A stretch of 64,000 nt of DNA from Verrucomicrobiota bacterium (GTDB lineage Bacteria; Verrucomicrobiota; Verrucomicrobiia; Limisphaerales; AAA164-E04), in NCBI GenBank assembly GCA_047947115.1, contig CP170459.1:5280001-5344000 (forward strand), read 5' to 3'. Under the pieces are notes generated by a model. That model searched no databases and was not told the origin of the DNA. It saw only the letters and a list, made by a program, of their open reading frames with translations. Positions within the stretch are counted from its first letter, which is position 1, and each line of letters begins with the position of its first letter. The translations under genes were made by a program, and so were the position numbers. This document shows positions 20,901 through 29,280 of this stretch, one piece after another.

Positions 20901-21364
20901 GCAATCTGCAATGATTGTACGGCCTCTTCGAACTGGCCCAGGCGCACATGGGCGCATCCGTTTAAATAATGGGCGGCGGCGGAATTTGAATTCAGTTTCA
21001 GGGCCGCAGCAGTTTGAACCATCACATCTTCAGCCCGGTTCATAAGCAACAGCGCATTGGCGAGGTTCAGGCGCGCATCCAAATCGCCCGGGTGCAATTC
21101 GACCACTTTCTGAAATTGTTCAGCCGCTTTTTCGGCTCCGCCCACCCCTTGATCGAGTAAATTTTTACCGGATTGCATCAATTCCATGAAGGCATTGGCC
21201 GAGTCTTGAGCGGAGGACACAGATCTGCCTGGTTCGTTCTCCTTGATTTTTTTGGTGGGCAGATAAAAAACGGTAAACATGACCAACACCACACCAAACA
21301 AAAGGAGAACAAACACAGCCGCTGGAACTTTGCGGGCGGAAGTATTTCCGGAATTCGAACTCAT
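17966..21364 (-). CDS. TPR + FG-GAP/VCBS + ASPIC/UnbV (CRTAC1-like) protein
   Basis: N-terminal TM, TPRs, DLNNDLRMD/DYDNDGWLD/DFDGDCDSD repeats, SNPSGLGVKV, SCPYLYAWDG C-terminal domain. Confidence 0.85.
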   Translation of the reverse strand: MSSNSGNTSARKVPAAVFVLLLFGVVLVMFTVFYLPTKKIKENEPGRSVSSAQDSANAFMELMQSGKNLLDQGVGGAEKAAEQFQKVVELHPGDLDARLNLANALLLMNRAEDVMVQTAAALKLNSNSAAAHYLNGCAHVRLGQFEEAVQSLQIAKQIDQTINAVSYQLGRAHQGLGQWEQAAQQFAEVVQFDPEHPSAYYNLSQTYIRMQRQEDAEKMMEKHQEVVANNPLSADPSVTEKCIYTEAIAPFQLEQPDAEGIAVRFEDATNDLLGEQAGSLLGPVGVLDIEHDDQLDLLVREKDQGFKLLVQKEGVFQPAGFPVPLLPDANYSQCLVGDLQHQGSMRTGQQEDAILLSDKGAQVFQVSPNGMLSDSSMFSRLSPLHAVKGRLTDFDVTGKLDLIAIGSTNKSLLFHRNMGTFSFNLETTHTNLPTELSGVSDFVLEDWDGNDLADLLVTFENQASQLYLKQRGAPMKLAEASSDWPQARTLAVGDLNNDLRMDVVFLTAEGLQIRLQGDEKPVSIALDAAPSAVKLLDYDNDGWLDVSIYGGGVFRMWRNRGLEGFAESTTAIGLTELNLGDIQSISKGDFDGDCDSDLLVTLADQSIRILRNQGGNANTMMKIRMEGSRSNPSGLGVKVELTAGGLRLARTLHELPFEIGLGKRTKVDSIDPHWSDTITQVDYEIDSCSSLVLFELEMPTGSCPYLYAWDGERYRFVTDLLGAAPLGLPVAENVYIPADTDEWVWLGDEQTFPSKEGHHVLQLTEELREVLYLDEAKLAAVDHPAGTEVHTTGKLVPGPPFPQHELHTYGHVRSVISATRNDGEDLTEALQAIDRHRASPVALQAPQLRGWAEPYAIDLDFGEIDGDQPWALVMTGWLHFGGGMANIGASHHSDLPFPFPTLKIQDVSGEWRPLDVTVGAPAGKTKTIVVDLAGKLPSGPLRLQLSMAFEIHWDRIQLMQAVGEANTHVHLMTPTETDLHWRGFSAYEERVWGKPLTPDYAKVDFAPSWLITPSGWCTRYGDVSPLIDSKDNALALLNGGDELTLKFAANQIPQKETGLERDFYFFSSGWDKDADFHVAKGWTVGPMPWHGMDDQQYGRQPYPKDLNTEWMDAYNTRWVGEMTLRQKRNSRP

Positions 21365-21564
21365 CCTTCAAGCATATGCAAAAACGTTTCCTCTGCAAGC
21401 TCTCTGGATATTCATTCGTTCACTTCCGGTCAGATAAGAAATTGGCATTTTTTCTTTCTGTTTTTCGAACATTGGAACAGACTCCCGTCAGCTTGATGCA
21501 CTCAAGGAACAACCCCTCAAAATGATATGCACTCAAATCGCAAACCAAACTCCCGATCCCTGCC

Positions 21565-22698
21565 ATGGCCTTATCCATCGGACTTTTTATGGGAATCGCA
21601 ACTCAAGCCGAAATTGTGTTTGAATTCGACTACAGCACCAGTGCTGAGTTCAATGATCCCAATGATGGTCCCATCCGGAGACAAGCGCTTGAAGACGCAG
21701 CCTGGCTACTTGGTTCACAATTCAACAACGATGCCACACTGCAGATATCGGTCACTACAGAAAACAATCCTGAAAGTGATACGCTGGCCAGTGCTGCAAG
21801 CAATTCTTCAGAGATACCCGAAGATTTCTTTGGATTTTACCCATCGGTGGTGGAATCCAAAGTCCTTCAAGGTGTGGATTCCAATGGAGAAGAACCTGAT
21901 GGTGTGGTGACCATCAATTTTGGTATCGATTGGGATCTGGATGATGAAGTCAGGGAAGATCTCTTTGATTTCAAAGCAACCATGATTCATGAGTTGCTGC
22001 ACGCTTTGGGCTTTTTATCCAGCATCTCCCCCGATGGTGTGGATATCTTCGAAACGCCTCCTGGAGAACCTGGTGTCTGGGGTAAATTCGACCAGTTTGT
22101 TTCGGATTCCGAACAAAATTTTGTCATCGATGAAAACTACGTGTTGGATCCGGAAATCTGGAATGAGATCAGCCTTGGCGGATCATCCCCAGATGGCGGC
22201 ATCTTCTTTGCAGGTCCCAGAACATTGGAAGCCAATAACAATGATCCGGTCGGTTTGTATTCTCCAACCGAATGGCCTGAGGGTAGCAGCGGCAGTCACC
22301 TGGATGACGATAATCAGGTTCTGGCTGGTATGCTGATGCTTGCGGCCACAAACGAAGGACAATACACCCGAAGCCTAAGTGACATTGAACGTGCCATCCT
22401 AGCCGATCTTGGATATGACGTGGTCGAAGGTGGAAAAGATCCAGATCCGGTTGATCCAGATCCGGTTGATCCTGACAACGGTGGAGATGAGATTGCGGTG
22501 GAACTCGCTATTTCGGTAAATTCCGGCGTCGCGTCCATCGCCATCTATGGTGCACCTGGCGATTATCAAGTGGAAGCCTCCATTGATTTTGAAACATGGG
22601 AACCCATTGGATTGGTCACGATTCCGGAAGGTTCGGATGTAGTGACCTTTGAGGAAGAACTGTTTGATCTTCAGTCCTATCGAATCACGGCAGAATAA
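21565..22698 (+). CDS. Secreted zinc metalloprotease-like protein
   Basis: Signal peptide, HELLHALGF, GSSGSHLD, acidic DPDPV linker, short C-terminal beta domain. Confidence 0.75.
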   Translation: MALSIGLFMGIATQAEIVFEFDYSTSAEFNDPNDGPIRRQALEDAAWLLGSQFNNDATLQISVTTENNPESDTLASAASNSSEIPEDFFGFYPSVVESKVLQGVDSNGEEPDGVVTINFGIDWDLDDEVREDLFDFKATMIHELLHALGFLSSISPDGVDIFETPPGEPGVWGKFDQFVSDSEQNFVIDENYVLDPEIWNEISLGGSSPDGGIFFAGPRTLEANNNDPVGLYSPTEWPEGSSGSHLDDDNQVLAGMLMLAATNEGQYTRSLSDIERAILADLGYDVVEGGKDPDPVDPDPVDPDNGGDEIAVELAISVNSGVASIAIYGAPGDYQVEASIDFETWEPIGLVTIPEGSDVVTFEEELFDLQSYRITAE

Positions 22699-22712
22699 AA
22701 CGCTTTCATGCC

Positions 22713-22762
22713 AAGCCCTGTCATTCGTTGTCCACCCACAACGCAAATGGCAGGGCTTTTTA
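22713..22762 (+). terminator. Putative intrinsic terminator
   Basis: AAGCCCTG...CAGGGCTT stem followed by a T-run, just after the stop at 22698. Confidence 0.6.
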
Positions 22763-22857
22763 ATTTGCGCATGCCTTGATCCAGGCTAAAAAGAATTCAT
22801 TGAATTTATGACTGTTGTTTCTCATCCGCTCAGCTAGTTTTCTGAGACACAAGGGTT

Positions 22858-23484
22858 ATGGCACGTTTATTCTGGATATTTCTGGGCTTGGCAGCTCTTT
22901 TCCTTGTTCCATTCCTTATTTGGGGCGGACACTGGGATTGGTCACCGAATGAAACGGTGGACTGGCTGAAGCAATACGGCAGATGGGGGTGGTTGGTTGC
23001 TTTTTGCCTCTTGATGGGCGACCTGTTTTTGCCGATTCCGTCGACCGCTGTGATGTCCGGACTCGGATTGGTTTATGGCCCGGTCTGGGGCGGATTGATA
23101 GGAGCCTCCGGTTCGTTTGTTTCCGGCGTGATGGCCTACGGTTTGTGCCGGCTCTTTGGTGAAAGAGCTGTGGAACGACTACTCGGCCATGAAGATCAAA
23201 TCAGAGGAAAGGACCTGTTTCTGCGCTACGGAGGCTGGCTGGTCGCTTTGTCAAGATGGCTTCCCCTGCTGCCGGAGGTTATTTCATGCATGGCCGGATT
23301 CCTTCGCATGCCTTGGCCCGGTTTTCTGGCAGCCCTGGCTTGTGGGACGATTCCAATGGCGTTTACCTTTGCGGTGTTGGGCCACTTGGGATCGGACCAC
23401 CCAGCATTGTCCATGCTGCTGAGCGCATGCGTGCCGCCTCTACTGTGGTGGTTGATCGGAAAAAGGCTGATGCAGTCTGCCTGA
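22858..23484 (+). CDS. TVP38/TMEM64 (VTT/DedA-like) membrane protein
   Basis: DLFLPIPS, YGPVWGGLIG, SRWLPLLPEVIS; multiple TM helices. Confidence 0.85.
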   Translation: MARLFWIFLGLAALFLVPFLIWGGHWDWSPNETVDWLKQYGRWGWLVAFCLLMGDLFLPIPSTAVMSGLGLVYGPVWGGLIGASGSFVSGVMAYGLCRLFGERAVERLLGHEDQIRGKDLFLRYGGWLVALSRWLPLLPEVISCMAGFLRMPWPGFLAALACGTIPMAFTFAVLGHLGSDHPALSMLLSACVPPLLWWLIGKRLMQSA

Positions 23485-23503
23485 TCAGCCGCAGGGACCC
23501 GAC

Positions 23504-23716
23504 TTAACGAAGTCGGTAAACGATACGCGCCTTGTTGAGGTCATAGGGAGACATCTCAATCTTAACGCGGTCACCAATGGTCAATCGGATGAACCGCTTG
23601 CGCATTTTTCCCGAGATATGTGCCAGAACAACGTGTCCGTTGCTAAGTTCCACTCTAAACATCGTGCCAGCCAAAACGGCCTTCACTGTGCCTTCCAATT
23701 CTATATGTTCTTCCAT
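23504..23716 (-). CDS. infA: Translation initiation factor IF-1
   Basis: [11 protein letters not shown]...[36 protein letters not shown] (70 aa). The true start is 23716, inside the longer ORF of the track. Confidence 0.96.
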   Translation of the reverse strand: MEEHIELEGTVKAVLAGTMFRVELSNGHVVLAHISGKMRKRFIRLTIGDRVKIEMSPYDLNKARIVYRLR

Positions 23717-23872
23717 CCGTAATCGATTTATCGTCTGCGCTTCAAACAAATGCAGTGTCGATAGCATGTGGAGATTCCAGCGGAAATCAAGCGTATTCCT
23801 CCGATAAATCATTTTTACGAACGGAAAGGTTGATTCAAGGAATCGAATCGGTATAGGTATGGCGGAAACCCT

Positions 23873-24619
23873 GTGCTTATGGGACGCCATCCTGACTTGA
23901 CCATCGTTAAAAAACGAATCCTTGTAGATACCTTCCTTGATCTGGAAGGCGTTCGCGTCCCCTTGAAATCCATCCGAAACGCCGCCGCCAAACGTTACAT
24001 CCTCCGCCTCCACCGGGATGGATACATCCAGATCACCATTCCCTGCAGCGGGAACCGCAAGCATGCCATGCTGTTTGTGGAGAAAAACCGGCAATGGCTG
24101 CGTGACCAGTGGTTGAAGCGGGAAGCCGGCATCAAAGAAAAAGCAGCCGAACGTCATAAAAGGGAGATTTATTACAAAGGAAAGCTGGAACCGGTGGAGA
24201 TCAAGGATGTCCAGGGACAACCCCACGCCTCCTTCGCCGGACAATCTTTTCCGGTTGATTTGCATCGTCTGGACCTCAAGCAATGGCTTGAAGCCTGGCT
24301 CAATTTCAAGGCAAAGGAAAACTTGCCAAACCGGGTATGGACCCTCGCCCTGAAATACGGATTCAAATACAACAAAGTCACCATACGTGACCAAAGAACC
24401 CGTTGGGGTTCTTGTTCTTCCAACAAAACCATCTCCTTGAATTGGCGCCTGATCCAGATTCCGCCCAGGCATTGTGACTACATTATTCTGCACGAACTCA
24501 ATCATCTGAAACACATGGATCACTCCATTCGATTCTGGCGCAGTCTCGAGGCCATATGTCCCTGGTTCCGTGAATCTGAAGCCTGGCTGAAGGTGAACAG
24601 CCACTACTTGAGAGATTAA
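23873..24619 (+). CDS. M48/YgjP-like metal-dependent hydrolase
   Basis: [36 protein letters not shown]. Confidence 0.88.
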   Translation: MLMGRHPDLTIVKKRILVDTFLDLEGVRVPLKSIRNAAAKRYILRLHRDGYIQITIPCSGNRKHAMLFVEKNRQWLRDQWLKREAGIKEKAAERHKREIYYKGKLEPVEIKDVQGQPHASFAGQSFPVDLHRLDLKQWLEAWLNFKAKENLPNRVWTLALKYGFKYNKVTIRDQRTRWGSCSSNKTISLNWRLIQIPPRHCDYIILHELNHLKHMDHSIRFWRSLEAICPWFRESEAWLKVNSHYLRD

Positions 24620-24723
24620 AGCAAAAACCAAGCCACCATTCGAAAAAGACCAATAAAGGGTGGTATTACCTTTGACACCACACTCATGATCTTTCAGTAT
24701 CGCAAAAATCGATCCGTTATTTT

Positions 24724-25473
24724 ATGAAAAAAAGAAACGTTGCACGCAGGGGATTTACATTGATTGAGTTGCTGGTGGTGATCGCCATTATCGCCATTCT
24801 GGCGGGCATGCTGCTCCCTGCCCTCTCCAAAGCAAAAGAAAAGGCCAAGCGCATCAAGTGCGTGAATAATCTCAGACAGTTGGGGATTGCGATGACCATC
24901 TATGCCGATGACAACAATGATGTTTTGTTGGAAGCCCGCAATAAATCGGTCCAGATTTCCCTCAATCCTCCCCAGCGGGAAGCAGCGGCATCAGTCGGGC
25001 TTTCCATCAGCACGAACAGCGCCGTTTCCAAAATATGGACATGTCCCAATCGCCCTTCCTTTCCAACATACGAACCAGCCTTTCCTCAGTGGAACATCGG
25101 GTATCAATATTTCGGAGGTATCGAAGAATGGACCAATCCACTGGGCAGATTCAAATCACGCAGCCCGGTAAAATCCTCCACCTCGCGCCCAGGCTGGGCG
25201 CTGGCGGCGGACGCGGTGCTTAAAGTGGACAACGAATGGGGTGGTGGTCGTGCCGAAGCTTTTAAAAACATGCCTCCACACCGCAATCAACAAGGTCTCC
25301 CTGAGGGTGGAAACCATCTGTTTATGGATGGTTCCTCAAGGTGGATTAATTTCGACAAAATGCTGTTTATCCACAGTTGGAGTACGGGTGGCGCCCGTGA
25401 TGCCTATTTCTGGCAGGATGATCTGGGCGATGAATTGGCCCCAAGAGCAGAAGGCATTCGCGCCAAATACTGA
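24724..25473 (+). CDS. Prepilin-type N-terminal cleavage/methylation protein (DUF1559/H-X9-DG type)
   Basis: [40 protein letters not shown]...GGNHLFMDG. Confidence 0.92.
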   Translation: MKKRNVARRGFTLIELLVVIAIIAILAGMLLPALSKAKEKAKRIKCVNNLRQLGIAMTIYADDNNDVLLEARNKSVQISLNPPQREAAASVGLSISTNSAVSKIWTCPNRPSFPTYEPAFPQWNIGYQYFGGIEEWTNPLGRFKSRSPVKSSTSRPGWALAADAVLKVDNEWGGGRAEAFKNMPPHRNQQGLPEGGNHLFMDGSSRWINFDKMLFIHSWSTGGARDAYFWQDDLGDELAPRAEGIRAKY

Positions 25474-25520
25474 GTTTCGTCAGAGGAGAATCGGTATCCA
25501 TCATACCAATTCTTTTGCAC

Positions 25521-25552
25521 AGAGGGACGGGAATTATCCAGTCCCTCTTTTT
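25521..25552 (+). terminator. Putative intrinsic terminator
   Basis: AGAGGGAC...GTCCCTCT stem followed by a T-run downstream of the prepilin gene. Confidence 0.6.
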
Positions 25553-25650
25553 GATTCCCAATCAGGAAAACCAACCTTGCCTGCCGATCAAAGGGAGTCA
25601 AGAACGCTGAAAACTTGCAATCACGACGTTCTGCAGGAATAAATAACCCC

Positions 25651-26418
25651 ATGGATTTTGCGCTCATATTCACAGACGTGAGGAACCTCCTCACCAATCC
25701 TGTATTTCTGATACTGACCGGGTTTCAGATATGGATGCTTGTGGATGCAGTACGCAGAGAAGAATGGTTGTGGGCGGCCATGTTATTATTTTTCGGACAT
25801 TTTACGGCTTTATTTTACTTTTTCATGGTTTACAGAGTAGCCCGCGCCTCTGAAGGAAGCCCTTCCTTCGAATGGCCGGGATCCGCAGAACGGGAACGTA
25901 TCGAGCAGCTTCAGGATCAAATCCACCACCTTGACAAAGCCCATCATCATGCCGAGTTGGGAAACATCTATGTCAAGCAAGGCAAATTTGACAAGGCTCT
26001 GGAATGTTATGAGGCCGCCTACGAGAGAGATGCGGACGACATCGACATTCTGGGGGCTTACGGCCGATGTCTGATCAAGATGAACGAGCCGGAAAAAGCC
26101 ATTGCGCTTTTGGAGAAAGTCGCAGCGGAAGATCCTCGTCATGAATACGGCGTTACCTTGATGGCTCTGGCTCAGGCCTATTTGCTCCAGAACCAAACCG
26201 AACCCGCACAAAAAGCTCTGGAACAGGTATTGCAGCACCAGACCTATGCAGAAGCACGTGTGATGTTGGCGGAGATTTATCTGAAAATCGATCGAAAAGA
26301 CGATGCCAAACATCAGTTGGAAGAAGTCATCGATGACGACAAACACGCTCCCTCATTCGTCAAAAAGAAAGACCGCGTCTGGTCACGCAAGGCAAGTCAG
26401 ATGCTGCAGCATATCTGA
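25651..26418 (+). CDS. Membrane-anchored TPR protein
   Basis: Two N-terminal TM helices then TPR repeats. Start taken at MDFAL (25651). Confidence 0.8.
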   Translation: MDFALIFTDVRNLLTNPVFLILTGFQIWMLVDAVRREEWLWAAMLLFFGHFTALFYFFMVYRVARASEGSPSFEWPGSAERERIEQLQDQIHHLDKAHHHAELGNIYVKQGKFDKALECYEAAYERDADDIDILGAYGRCLIKMNEPEKAIALLEKVAAEDPRHEYGVTLMALAQAYLLQNQTEPAQKALEQVLQHQTYAEARVMLAEIYLKIDRKDDAKHQLEEVIDDDKHAPSFVKKKDRVWSRKASQMLQHI

Positions 26419-26469
26419 GCCCTGCATTTTCGTTTTGATGCCAAACGGGATTGATGATCCAATACCCGG

Positions 26470-27036
26470 ATGAGTGCATCCTCCTCTGAAAATAATTTGG
26501 CTGCAGCGTTTCTGAAATTGATCGCTACATCGGACTTGCCTGGACTGGGCCCGGAGCAGCGCCCTTCAGCAAAACCTGCACCGGACATCAACGCGATAGT
26601 GCGGGCCTGGGCAAACGAACAACATCTGGATGCGGACAAACTGGATGTTCTGCGATCCGCCGCCCTTCTCTGGCATGACCATTTGGACGCATCCCACAGC
26701 ATATCTCAATCCATACCGACCGCCACCGGGAGCTTCCTGCACGGCATCATGCATCGGCGTGAGCCCGATTACGGCAACGCCAAGTATTGGTTTCATCGCG
26801 TGCACTCACATCCAGCATACTCCGATATCACTGAAAGCGTGCGGGATCGGATTGATTCCGGAGAACTGCCATCTGTGTTTAAATTTCTGGTTCAAAATGG
26901 CAACTGGGATCCATTTGGTTTTGTGGACGCCGTTGATGAGGAATTCTGCTCACGGAAAACCCCCGAAGTCTTCCAAGGGTTGCAGGTCGTGCAGCAGGTG
27001 GAATTTGAATGCCTGGTGACAACTGTATTATCTTAA
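26470..27036 (+). CDS. Conserved hypothetical protein
   Basis: LLWHDHLDASHSISQ and HGIMHRREPDYGNAKYWF motifs; co-directional with neighbours. Confidence 0.75.
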   Translation: MSASSSENNLAAAFLKLIATSDLPGLGPEQRPSAKPAPDINAIVRAWANEQHLDADKLDVLRSAALLWHDHLDASHSISQSIPTATGSFLHGIMHRREPDYGNAKYWFHRVHSHPAYSDITESVRDRIDSGELPSVFKFLVQNGNWDPFGFVDAVDEEFCSRKTPEVFQGLQVVQQVEFECLVTTVLS

Positions 27037-27048
27037 CCCACCCCCACC

Positions 27049-27999
27049 ATGCCACTTCACCCTCAAGCACGCTCATTTCTCGATCTGGTCGCCAAAAAGA
27101 ATGCTCCACCTTGGGAAAGTCTGGCTCCATCCGTCAGTCGCTCCATGTTCAACGGACTGACCGAATTTTTCGGGCAAGGGCCGGAACTGAACGATATCAG
27201 TGACAAGGTCATTGCCGACAAGGTTCCGGTTCGCATCTACCGTCCGGATTCCAAACCCTGCCTACCGGCCATCATGTATTTTCACGGCGGCGGCTGGGTA
27301 TTGGGCAACATTGAAACACATGATGCCATGTGCCGCCATTTGGCGAAAGATTCGGGGAGCATGGTGATCAGCGTGAATTACCGACTTGCTCCAGAACATC
27401 CTTTCCCGGCGGCTTTCGATGACTGCTACGAAGCCACTCGATATGTATCACATCATGCAGCAGAGCTGGGCGTTGATCCAACCCGCATCGCCGTAGCGGG
27501 AGACAGCGCAGGCGGCAATCTTGCAGCTGCCGTAACATTGAAAGCACGGGAGGAGGGCACACCGAACATCCATTCGCAATGGTTGATCTACCCGGTTCTG
27601 GAAGCCAATTTTGATACGGTCTCTTACAAGGAATTCGCAATTGACCATGGATTAACCAGACGAACCATGCAGTTCTTCTGGGATCAATATTCCAAGAAGA
27701 AAACAGATCGGTCGACCGCCTGCGCGGCCCCTCTGAAAGCGGACCACCTGAGGGATCTTCCCTTCACACAAATCATCACCGCCGAATATGACGTACTCAG
27801 GGATGAAGGAGAGCAATTCGCCCGTTTGTTGAAAAAAGCAGGCGTCGAAGTCGAACTCATCCAGTACGACGGAATGCTGCACGGATTCATGCACTTCGCC
27901 GCAGCATTCGATGAAGGAAAAAGGGCGCTGGCTGAATTGGGCAAAGCAATGAACACCAGGTTTGGTTTAGCCTGCAAAAACCACCTAAACCATACTTAA
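27049..27999 (+). CDS. Alpha/beta hydrolase, HSL-family esterase
   Basis: HGGGW, YRLAPEHPFP, GDSAGG, YDVLRDEG, HGF. Confidence 0.93.
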   Translation: MPLHPQARSFLDLVAKKNAPPWESLAPSVSRSMFNGLTEFFGQGPELNDISDKVIADKVPVRIYRPDSKPCLPAIMYFHGGGWVLGNIETHDAMCRHLAKDSGSMVISVNYRLAPEHPFPAAFDDCYEATRYVSHHAAELGVDPTRIAVAGDSAGGNLAAAVTLKAREEGTPNIHSQWLIYPVLEANFDTVSYKEFAIDHGLTRRTMQFFWDQYSKKKTDRSTACAAPLKADHLRDLPFTQIITAEYDVLRDEGEQFARLLKKAGVEVELIQYDGMLHGFMHFAAAFDEGKRALAELGKAMNTRFGLACKNHLNHT

Positions 28000-28055
28000 A
28001 CGATCACATAACAAGTAGTATCAAACATGGAAACCAAAAGAAAAAAACCTTTATA

Positions 28056-28493
28056 ATGACAACGGAAAATGAGGATCCAAGGACGAAGCCAGGATTCCGA
28101 CCTGAGCTGTTCCCCACATGCAACGGCCAGCCGTGCCCCCCTCTTGAACAAACAGATCCTGAATCATGCATCCTGCGTTCGGCGGCTGCGGCGTATTATG
28201 AAATTAATGAACTCCTGGACCGCCTGCTTACCGCAAATCGAAACTCGGACTCTTCGGGCCGTCTGAAGGCATTGAAGCAAATCAAGCAAGCCAATGAGCG
28301 CCGCAACAAACTGGCAGATCAGTTTGAAACCGAAGGCCTAGAGATTCGTCCAAAATTGTCGGGATGGAAAACCGTTGATGTAGGACTCATTGAAACCCTG
28401 GCCTGGGACGCTGACCAAGACCGGCAACAGGCAGAATATTTCGATTTGGTGATTCCCATTTCCTCCCCGAAAGACAAGCAGCCCGGGCTATAA
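28056..28493 (+). CDS. Hypothetical protein
   Basis: 145-aa ORF ending 4 nt before the next gene; no recognised motif. Confidence 0.55.
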   Translation: MTTENEDPRTKPGFRPELFPTCNGQPCPPLEQTDPESCILRSAAAAYYEINELLDRLLTANRNSDSSGRLKALKQIKQANERRNKLADQFETEGLEIRPKLSGWKTVDVGLIETLAWDADQDRQQAEYFDLVIPISSPKDKQPGL

Positions 28494-28497
28494 AACA

Positions 28498-29274
28498 ATG
28501 ACGCCTGCCACCAAATCCTATTATACGCTGGAAAGCCTTCAAAACCTGACCAGCAGGGCCGCCCTACCCTGGACCATTTGTGTGGTGTTTTACGGAAACC
28601 ATCCCTCACTTTGCCGCCGGTTTCTGGAAGCGCTCTACAGATGCACTGATCCCAAAACATTTCAGCTTCGAGCGGGCATGAACGCGGTCTGCCAGGAAAC
28701 ACGGGAACTGGTACGCGAGGCATCCGAGAAAAACGGAAACATCCTGTTCATCGATTCTGAAAAGAATCTTTATAAGAACCCGATGATGCGTCGGCTGTTC
28801 TATGAGACACCGCTGGAGACGGAATGGACCATCTGGTTTGATGATGACTCCTATGTCACCGGTCCACAGTGGATGCTCGATTTGGCTCTGGCCATGGAAC
28901 GTGAATCAAGCACGGACCTTTTCGGTCACCTCATGCATGTGGAGGTGGACGCACAGTTGGAATCGTTCATTACGACTTCCAAGTGGTATCGAGGCGTCGC
29001 GAGAAGGCAGCATGAGGAGCACGGACGACCGATCATCCGATTTCCGGTGGGAGGTTTTTGGGCGGCTCGCACGATGCGACTCCAGGAAATCAATTGGCCA
29101 GATCCCCGACTGACCCTTTATCATGAGGATTTCATCATGGGCGAGGCCATGCGCCAGAATGGCATCGAACCTTTCCCGTTTGATTCAGGCGTCAGGATCA
29201 GTGACGCGCCACATCGAGCGCCTTCGGACATCCCCAAGGAACTGCCTTTTAAAGCGCCTCACCAGGACGTGTGA
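28498..29274 (+). CDS. Glycosyltransferase (GT-A fold)-like protein
   Basis: WTIWFDDDSYV (DxD), GGFWA and ED motifs. Confidence 0.6.
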   Translation: MTPATKSYYTLESLQNLTSRAALPWTICVVFYGNHPSLCRRFLEALYRCTDPKTFQLRAGMNAVCQETRELVREASEKNGNILFIDSEKNLYKNPMMRRLFYETPLETEWTIWFDDDSYVTGPQWMLDLALAMERESSTDLFGHLMHVEVDAQLESFITTSKWYRGVARRQHEEHGRPIIRFPVGGFWAARTMRLQEINWPDPRLTLYHEDFIMGEAMRQNGIEPFPFDSGVRISDAPHRAPSDIPKELPFKAPHQDV

Positions 29275-29280
29275 GGTCAC

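Noticed and set aside
22438..22476. 15-bp tandem repeat GATCCAGATCCGGTT
   Set aside because: It is an in-frame coding repeat for a DPDPV linker, not an independent element.
23717..24631. 305-aa N-terminal extension of IF-1 in the ORF track
   Set aside because: It is the antisense shadow of the M48-like gene; IF-1 homology starts at Met 23716.
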